Virus record (IMG/VR): IMGVR_UViG_3300009168_000049
Coordinates: 1 to 56,710 of that record
DNA length: 56,710 nucleotides
Origin: a virus
Lineage: Duplodnaviria > Caudoviricetes
Reading direction: 5' to 3' (one strand)
In this document: positions 18,600 to 25,222 of the stretch, one piece after another
How positions within the stretch are numbered: position 1 is the stretch's first letter
Layout: each line of letters begins with the position of its first letter
Notes under the pieces: model-generated
Told to the model about the DNA's origin: nothing
Seen by the model: only the letters and a program-made list of their open reading frames with translations
The model's database searches: none
Translations under genes and position numbers: made by a program

Positions 18600-20600
18600 A
18601 TGGCCAAAGAGATTGCGCGCAAGACCGACGAGACCATGAACGCTGGCCTGCGGCCGACGCCGAAAGAGAACCTGGCCAACGCCATCTTTTCCTGCACCTA
18701 CACCGAGCTGATGGAGATCGGCACCGAGATGTCCGAGTTGGCGCAGCGGCGCAAGCGGCTGGAGTCGAAGGAGGAGTTCGCCGCGCTGCTGCACTACTGG
18801 GCCAGCCAAGCACAATGAAGACCTTCGATTACCCGGCGCGCTGCGCCTTCTGCCAGCATGCGGTCGAGGCGGCAAGCGCCGTGGACGGCCAGCAGGCACC
18901 GGCGCCGGGTGATATCACGCTGTGCATTCAATGCGGCGAATGGAATATTTTCACGCGACGCGGACGGCTGCGCAAGCCGACCGGTGACGAGTACGTCGGC
19001 ATCGTGGCGAATCCCACGACGAGCAAGCTACGCATGGCATGGCTGATGATGAAAGCGCAGAATGCAGATCGGCCGAATTAAGGGTGCGACGCGCTTGCTG
19101 GGAAAATCCCAGGGCTATCTCGGCCTGCCGGTGCGTGACGAGTTGATCAACGATGCGGTCAACGGCGAGAATACACCGGCGATGGTGACCGCCTGGTTTC
19201 CGTCACCACGCGAGCTGGCTGCACTGAACGCCGGAGCACCGGTGCATGTTCGAATCCTCGGCACCGGCCACCCGCCGATCATGGTCGAGGTTGGGGAGCC
19301 GCCCGAATGAGCTGGGCAGTCGGCATCGGCAAGGACGGCCGGGATATCGGCTACGGCGTGCCGGCGCTGTGCGACCTGCCCGGCTGCGACAAACGGATTG
19401 ACCGTGGTCTCGCTTACGTCTGCGGCATGATCAACACCGACGGCGAGGATCGCGGCTGTGGGCTTCATTTCTGCGTCGAGCACCTGCTCTATTCGGATCG
19501 CTATCGCTCGCAGTTCTGTCCCTATTGCTGGCCGAGACGGCGCAAGGCGCTGGTGCGCAAGCCCGACGTTGAAGAATGGGTGACGCACAAGATGACCGAT
19601 CCGTCGTGGCAAGAATGGAGAGACCAGCAACGATGAAGCTCAAACGATTCTTAACCTATTTCATGCGCGTGCAGCACAGCGAGCCGGATGAAACGGTTGT
19701 TCACTTCAGGATGGACGACCAGGAGCGGCTGATTCTGCACTCCATCGAATTTGATGCGGACACCAACAACTGGACGGTCCACCTGAAGAGGACGCATGAC
19801 CGATAACCGATTCATCATCCTGTGGACGATCTACCAGCGCCCGAAAGATTATCCTAAAGGTTACGTCGTGCGCCGCCACTATGCGATGGCTGACGGCAGC
19901 GTCAAATATGATACCAAAGCTTGGGTGGCCGACACGCTCGAAGAGATTCGCGCCGGGTTGCCGCCGGGACTGCGCAACATCGGCCGCCATGACAGTGACA
20001 ATCCGGCGATCCTGGAAGTGTGGATATGATCGAGGACAAGCGACTCGCAGAGGCCGGCTACCTCCAGTTCCTCATGGATAACGGTTACTTGGTGCCAACC
20101 CCATTACCGAACGGGCGCTGGATGGCGATCCTGCCGCTGATGTTCACCTATGCGATTGTCACCGGTCGAACTGGTGACACCAGTGGCTACGACAATCGTT
20201 GGTGCTACCCAACACTCGCACAGGCCGTTGTCGCCATTGCCACATGGGACGGCATGGGCGATCCGCCGGACGGCTGGATCCGCCAGCCCGGCACCGGACG
20301 GCGCCGCCCGGACGGCGATCCTGCCGCCGAATACGTGGCGTTCTAATGCGCGTGCGCCGGCGATCCGACATCAGGAGCGCGTGGCAGTATACCGATGTGC
20401 TGGCGACGCCGCCGGGCTGGGTGCGCAGCTACACCGACAACGACGCGGTCGGCGATCTGTATCTGGTGCGTTTGTCCGGTAAGCAACGGATTAACCTGGG
20501 CGACTGGCTAGTGCAGAACCTCGACGGTGCCCCGGATTGGTACGACGCTGAGAGCTTCCATCGCAATTGGGAATTCATCTCGCACGAGCCGGTTCCCTGA
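18600..20600 (+). other. Eight coupled small genes (18600-18818, 18815-19081, 19062-19310, 19307-19636, 19633-19806, 19796-20029, 20026-20346, 20346-20600)
   Basis: Overlapping starts and stops; 18815 and 19307 carry Cys clusters; 19796 is a paralogue of 16538. Confidence 0.6.
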
Positions 20601-20619
20601 CATCGTTCAGGAATTGCCG

Positions 20620-20647
20620 TTGCCTGTTCACAAAATAGTGGTATCAT
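20620..20647 (+). promoter_or_regulatory. Sigma70-type promoter for the sorting-signal cassette (TTGCCT-N16-TATCAT, TG-extended)
   Basis: AT-rich gap 20601-20720; same spacing and TG as promoters at 5066 and 7210. Confidence 0.55.
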
Positions 20648-20723
20648 TATTTAAGAAACTGGACTAGGCTTTCAGGGTTGCAACAAGCGTGAATGCTTAT
20701 CCCACTCCATGGAGGACTAAACG

Positions 20724-21458
20724 ATGCGACGCTTTCTTGCGGCGGCCGCCATTCTCGGCGCCCTGTCCGCTCCTGCCTACGCCGTTACGGTCAATGTCGG
20801 TGACGTCGGCCTTAGTGGTACCACCCAGATCCAGGGCTATGCCGACGTTGGTGGTGTTGCTGTCCCGATCTCGGGCCTGACTGGAACGCTGTATCTCCAG
20901 TACGATGGCGCTACGCTCAACGCCAATGGCACCCAGACGTGGAATTTCGATTACACCGTCACCAATACCTCAAGCGGCAACACGACGATGTCGTCGATCA
21001 CCTCGTTCGGATTGAACACGACCCCGAACGTGGCCGGTGCCAATAGCACCGGACTATACGATCTGGCGCTGCTCAATCCGCAGTTCCCGAACGTCGCTGG
21101 CGCCAACGTCATCGAAATGTGCTTCTCGGCGGGCCAGAACAGCTGCAACGCGAACGGCAATACTCTGACGCCCGGCCAGTCTACGAGCGGTGAATTCAAC
21201 CTGATCTTTGGCTCGGCTCTAACGAGCATCTCGCTCGACGACGCTTACTTCCGCTTCCAGAACATCGACTCAACAGTGCCCTACCTCAACGGCGGCTCTG
21301 GAGTCGGCTTCGATGTTGGCGGCGTCTGCCCCGGCTGCACCCCGACCCCGCAGGCGGTTCCCGGTCCCATCGTGGGTGCCGGCCTGCCTGGCCTGATCGT
21401 CGGTTGCCTGACCCTGATGGGTCTGGCGCGCCGCCGTCGCAAGGCAGCGGTGGCTTAA
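20724..21458 (+). CDS. Exported protein with PEP-CTERM-like sorting signal (cistern-family-like)
   Basis: GGAGG RBS; signal peptide ending AYA; Asn/Thr/Ser/Gly-rich, Lys-free mature part; VPGPIVGAGLPGL + TM + RRRRK. Confidence 0.88.
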   Translation: MRRFLAAAAILGALSAPAYAVTVNVGDVGLSGTTQIQGYADVGGVAVPISGLTGTLYLQYDGATLNANGTQTWNFDYTVTNTSSGNTTMSSITSFGLNTTPNVAGANSTGLYDLALLNPQFPNVAGANVIEMCFSAGQNSCNANGNTLTPGQSTSGEFNLIFGSALTSISLDDAYFRFQNIDSTVPYLNGGSGVGFDVGGVCPGCTPTPQAVPGPIVGAGLPGLIVGCLTLMGLARRRRKAAVA

Positions 21459-21460
21459 CT

Positions 21461-21492
21461 AAAAACCCCGTGGCGGAAACCGCCACGGGGTT
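21461..21492. terminator. Strong hairpin terminator, U-tract on the minus strand, possibly bidirectional
   Basis: AAA-AACCCCGTGGCGG-AAA-CCGCCACGGGGTT, perfect 13-bp stem. Confidence 0.75.
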
Positions 21493-21534
21493 CTAGTGTT
21501 GCCCTAGCTCAAGATCTTTACAGGGAAGGCTCAC

Positions 21535-22092
21535 ATGAAAAAGCTTCTGCTCGCGACCGCTGCGTTGTTCGCCATGACGGTGGCATCGCAGGCGGCCATG
21601 TTCAACATCCTGACTCCCGATCCAACCAGCCAACAGGGCAATTTCTCTCTTGCTCCCGGCGCTGGCCCCTTTGAGGATCAGGTCACCTTCACGATCACCC
21701 AAGCGTCCACATTCACCATCGCCAACGCGACCAACACCTACGCATCTCCTCAAGATCAAATCACCGGCTGGAATGCCGCGATCTGGGATGCGGGTCTCGA
21801 TCAGATCGTCAACAACGCGGATGACAACTTGCTGTTCGGTCCGCAGGCCGCGTCGGCCTGCATCATCACGCCGAACTGCCAGATCGTCGGCGGTTCTGGC
21901 TTCCTGAACGGTCCCGGCATCTTCTACGCCGAGTTCCAGGGTACCGGCAGTGGCACCAGCGGCTACAGCGGCAACATCTCCGTCGCCGCCGCCCCCGTTC
22001 CCGGTCCGATTGTCGGCGCAGGCCTTCCCGGTTTGATCGTCGGTGCGCTCGCCTTCCTCGGATGGCGGCGTCGGCGTCAGGCGGCAGCCTAA
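21535..22092 (+). CDS. Exported protein with PEP-CTERM-like sorting signal (FxDxF-family-like)
   Basis: Signal peptide ending SQA; FEDQVTF; SGYSGNI; VPGPIVGAGLPGL + TM + RRRR. Confidence 0.88.
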   Translation: MKKLLLATAALFAMTVASQAAMFNILTPDPTSQQGNFSLAPGAGPFEDQVTFTITQASTFTIANATNTYASPQDQITGWNAAIWDAGLDQIVNNADDNLLFGPQAASACIITPNCQIVGGSGFLNGPGIFYAEFQGTGSGTSGYSGNISVAAAPVPGPIVGAGLPGLIVGALAFLGWRRRRQAAA

Positions 22093-22115
22093 GCGACAAG
22101 CACAGCGGCCCGGCC

Positions 22116-22454
22116 GTGGACCCTCTCAGGTTCAAGGCTCGGGCCGCAGCTTTGGCCGTCTTCAAGCTGTACCGCTCTGGGTGCAACCTTAATCAAATTG
22201 CCGAACGGCGCGGTATCTCCAGGCAACACGCCTGGAAGCTGGCCACAGAGGGTCGTGAGCTTGTCCACGGGATTGAAAGCGGCGATCCCAGCTGGGAGCT
22301 AAGCCCACGTAGCCGCAATGCGCTGCTGATGTGGGGCGAGGGAACGACTCCAGAGGCGGTGGCCAAGATCGATCTCACGCGCGTTCCCAACATCGGCAGC
22401 AAAAGCCGTGAAGAGATTCTCGATTGGCTGGCCCGGCATGCGCCGGCTGTATGA
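22116..22454 (+). CDS. HTH fused to an RNA polymerase alpha-CTD-like domain
   Basis: NLNQIAERRGISRQHAW (sigma region 4-like HTH); LSPRSRNAL...LTRVPNIGSKSREEI (alpha-CTD signature); start uncertain. Confidence 0.7.
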   Translation: MDPLRFKARAAALAVFKLYRSGCNLNQIAERRGISRQHAWKLATEGRELVHGIESGDPSWELSPRSRNALLMWGEGTTPEAVAKIDLTRVPNIGSKSREEILDWLARHAPAV

Positions 22455-22656
22455 TCGCTTCGAAGATTGGGCCAATAACCCGCTGCTCCCGCCGCGCCCC
22501 GGGCGCTCCTTGAACCCGCGCCGCATCGACGTCCTGATCGCCCTCTTCGGCGCAATCTGCGTCGGGTATTACTGGTGGATGGAAGGCCTCCTGGGCGCTG
22601 CCAAAGGGGCGCTGGCGTACGCATTCGTCACGATGGTGGCGTTGTGGCTCCTCTGA
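22438..22656 (+). CDS. Small membrane protein with two TM helices
   Basis: Two hydrophobic segments; ends just before the terminator. Confidence 0.5.
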   Translation: MRRLYDRFEDWANNPLLPPRPGRSLNPRRIDVLIALFGAICVGYYWWMEGLLGAAKGALAYAFVTMVALWLL

Positions 22657-22659
22657 CGC

Positions 22660-22690
22660 AAAAACGCCCGGAGGAGGGCCTCCGGGCGTT
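22660..22690 (-). terminator. Terminator at the convergence of the early and late arms
   Basis: AAA-AACGCCCGGAGG-AGGG-CCTCCGGGCGTT. Confidence 0.75.
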
Positions 22691-22747
22691 CTGCCTATCG
22701 GACAAGGAGAGGGTTGGCTGGGGGCTAACGCACCCCGTCCGACAAGT

Positions 22748-22804
22748 TCAACAACCTTTACAGATCGGCGGCGGTGCTGGTGGGTAGAGCGGCAGAGGCG
22801 GCAC
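22748..22804 (-). CDS. Possible 18-aa Pro/Cys micropeptide (MPPLPLYPPAPPPICKGC)
   Basis: GTG start after GAGAGCGAG; last ORF before the terminator; ends in CxxC. Confidence 0.3.
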   Translation of the reverse strand: MPPLPLYPPAPPPICKGC

Positions 22805-22823
22805 CTCGCTCTCTACAGCCCGG

Positions 22824-23006
22824 TCATCGTATAGGGGAGCCGTACACCGAGATGCCGAGGATGCCAACCAGGATGAACAAAACCAGCCACGAGCCGAACG
22901 GTGCCCACGGGTAGTTTGGCCCGGCCGGTCGCCACGGATTTTGCGCGAAGATTCCGAAGAGGCCGACCAGCACAAAGATCAGCCAAAACCAGATGTTGGC
23001 GCCCAT
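22824..23006 (-). CDS. Small two-TM membrane protein, holin candidate
   Basis: AAGGAG RBS; two TM helices; located in the lysis region. Confidence 0.55.
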   Translation of the reverse strand: MGANIWFWLIFVLVGLFGIFAQNPWRPAGPNYPWAPFGSWLVLFILVGILGISVYGSPIR

Positions 23007-23027
23007 GACCGTTTCTCCTTGAGCTGA

Positions 23028-23053
23028 CTGGTGGGGGAGAAGTCCCCCACCAG
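23028..23053. other. Perfect intergenic hairpin
   Basis: CTGGTGGGGGA-GAAG-TCCCCCACCAG. Confidence 0.6.
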
Positions 23054-23069
23054 CATGCGTCGTGGTGCG

Positions 23070-23600
23070 CTACGCCTTGGGCTGTGCCGTTGGCGGCAGT
23101 GGCTGTCCGGCTGTCGGAGGCACCGGCTGACCCGATGCGTGCGGCGGCATGCCACCACCGGGTAGGCCCTGATTGGGCTGATCGGGATTGACCGGAATGG
23201 TCGGCACGTTCGGCTGCCCGGGAGGCTGCGGCTTCTCCGGCACCGCCGGCGTGATCGAGACCCATTCGAAGCCTTTGCCGGGGATGTACGCGACCACCCA
23301 GAGACCTGCACCAGGCGATGAGCCAGGCGCAGGCGGCTTGGTGCCAGCCGGCGGCATGTGGATCGGATGCGAGGGCAGGCCGCCGCCGCCGGGGAGGCCC
23401 TGTGAGGGATGTCCGCCTTGACCCGGCAGGCCCTGCGAGGGGTGTCCAAAGCCGGGAAGACCCTGATCGGGGTGACCAAAGCCAGGAAGACCCTGACCGG
23501 GATGCGGCAATCCGCCGATGCCGCCGATGTTGCCGAAGCCGGGATCAATCGGGCCGCCGCCAACTTCTTGAATCACCAAACATAAAGCAAGTTTTGCCAT
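23070..23600 (-). CDS. Pro/Gly-rich repeat protein (HPxQGLPG repeats)
   Basis: AGGAGG RBS; four HP[GDS]QGLPG repeats; non-repetitive core WVVAYIPGKGFEWV. Confidence 0.75.
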   Translation of the reverse strand: MAKLALCLVIQEVGGGPIDPGFGNIGGIGGLPHPGQGLPGFGHPDQGLPGFGHPSQGLPGQGGHPSQGLPGGGGLPSHPIHMPPAGTKPPAPGSSPGAGLWVVAYIPGKGFEWVSITPAVPEKPQPPGQPNVPTIPVNPDQPNQGLPGGGMPPHASGQPVPPTAGQPLPPTAQPKA

Positions 23601-23653
23601 CGTCTCAGTCCTCCTGTTGTGCGCGTTACTGCGCGGTCACTGACTTCGCAAGC

Positions 23654-23746
23654 TTATGGCGCTGGCGCCACCCAAATCGGTGGTGGTGCAGGCAGCGGGG
23701 TGGCGACGTTCTTGGCGCACGGTGCTGAACAACGAACGACGATCAT
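23654..23746 (-). CDS. 30-aa Cys/Pro micropeptide (MIVVRCSAPC...), paralogue of 47204-47356
   Basis: GGAGG RBS, ATGA overlap with the endolysin stop; absent from ORF track. Confidence 0.6.
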   Translation of the reverse strand: MIVVRCSAPCAKNVATPLPAPPPIWVAPAP

Positions 23747-24909
23747 GTCGGTCCTCCGATCTGTTGGCCGTTGACAAAAACGATCACATCGCCGGACACC
23801 TCGATGTCGATCCGGGCCGGCGGCGGTAGCACGATCTCCGGCGGCAGGATCGGCGCTTCGATGTCGAGCGGACCGGCGAGAGCGGTGGCGATGGCGTCGA
23901 TGATATCATCGAAATTGTCGTCGTAGAGATCGCAGTCGGCTTCGCTATCGACGAAGCAGGTTTCCAGCATCACGCTCGGCTTGTCGGTCTGATTGAGAAA
24001 CATCAGGTCGGTACGCTTCTTGCCGCCGCGATTGATGAAGCCGCCGGCCTTGGCAATCGCTTCGGAGAGCTGGCCGGCGAGCGCGGCCTGGCTGACGTAG
24101 AGCACCTCGACGCCCATTGGCTTCTCCACCTGCTCGAAGGCGTTGAAGTGCACCGAGATGTCCAGGTCGCGCTGCTGGTCGTTGTGGTGATCGACGATCC
24201 GATTCAGGTTCTCCGATTGTGAGCTCGAGACATCGTCATGGAAAACGTTGACGTGGGTGCCACGCAAGCTGAGCTGCTCGGCCAGGGCGTCGACCACACG
24301 GCGCGCCTGGTCAACCTCGTCGATGATGCCGTGGGCACCGCGCACGAACTTGCCGTGGCCGGATGAGATGACGATCCGTTCGTAGGCCATGAGGGTCTTC
24401 TCCTCCGGGTGGCCGCGATAGAGCCGCAGCGCCTCGTGCGCCATCTCACGGCGCCAGTCTTCGTGTGGCACGCCAGGGCGCTCATACAGGCGCCAGAACG
24501 ATTCCACCTTCTGATCGAGCGTGGGACAATCACACAGCGCCGGATAGTAGATGCCGTCAATGGTGCCGCCGCCGATCAGCACCCGCTGCTCCCAGGTCTC
24601 GGTCACCTCGTGGGTGAAAAAGGCCAGGCAGGCCTCGTCATACTCAAGTTCGTCTTCGGAATAGAGATTGTAGTTGTTGGCGGCGCACCACTTCTCTAGA
24701 TCGTCACGCCGCGAGCCGGTCCACATCGCCCAGCCGTAGCCGCCGCTGCCGCCGACCTCCTCGCGGTAGAGAAAGCCGCCAGTCTCGACGCCGAAGCTGC
24801 CCAGCGCGGAGGCGGACTCCTCGTCGTCCATCATCAGCAGGTCGATCATCAGCTGCATGATCCCAGGCGCCTTGCGCTGGAACTCCGGCGTGATCGGTGC
24901 GCTGCTCAT
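23743..24909 (-). CDS. Two-domain endolysin: phage tail lysozyme-like domain + N-acetylmuramoyl-L-alanine amidase (Amidase_3)
   Basis: ETGGF...GYGWAMWTGSRR; ISSGHG...DE...ISVHFNA...MLETCFVDS. Confidence 0.88.
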   Translation of the reverse strand: MSSAPITPEFQRKAPGIMQLMIDLLMMDDEESASALGSFGVETGGFLYREEVGGSGGYGWAMWTGSRRDDLEKWCAANNYNLYSEDELEYDEACLAFFTHEVTETWEQRVLIGGGTIDGIYYPALCDCPTLDQKVESFWRLYERPGVPHEDWRREMAHEALRLYRGHPEEKTLMAYERIVISSGHGKFVRGAHGIIDEVDQARRVVDALAEQLSLRGTHVNVFHDDVSSSQSENLNRIVDHHNDQQRDLDISVHFNAFEQVEKPMGVEVLYVSQAALAGQLSEAIAKAGGFINRGGKKRTDLMFLNQTDKPSVMLETCFVDSEADCDLYDDNFDDIIDAIATALAGPLDIEAPILPPEIVLPPPARIDIEVSGDVIVFVNGQQIGGPT

Positions 24910-24910
24910 G

Positions 24911-25222
24911 TCAGCATGGCGGTGGTGACCAGTTCAGAATCGATTGACGCGAGCGCGCGTAGGCGCTGATGCCAATGTGCAGGCCACGCGAGGCGCGGGC
25001 CGGCTGATCGGACGGATCCTTCAGCCAGGTGTCGTAGACGCTGACGGTGTGACGCTTGAGGCCTTCCTCGATGCCGGCGAACATGATGGTGCGGGTGCGC
25101 TCGCGCGTGTCGGCATCCATGCAGGTTGCTTGTGGCGTCAGTGTCGGTATCGGCGTCGCTGCTGTCGCGATGTGCAGCCCGACGATGACCAGCACCCCGG
25201 CAGCAACAGCCAGGTTGTTCAT
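24911..25222 (-). CDS. Exported or membrane-anchored protein with two Cys, possible lysis accessory
   Basis: Hydrophobic N-terminus; ends WSPPPC; lies between fibre and lysin genes. Confidence 0.55.
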   Translation of the reverse strand: MNNLAVAAGVLVIVGLHIATAATPIPTLTPQATCMDADTRERTRTIMFAGIEEGLKRHTVSVYDTWLKDPSDQPARASRGLHIGISAYARSRQSILNWSPPPC

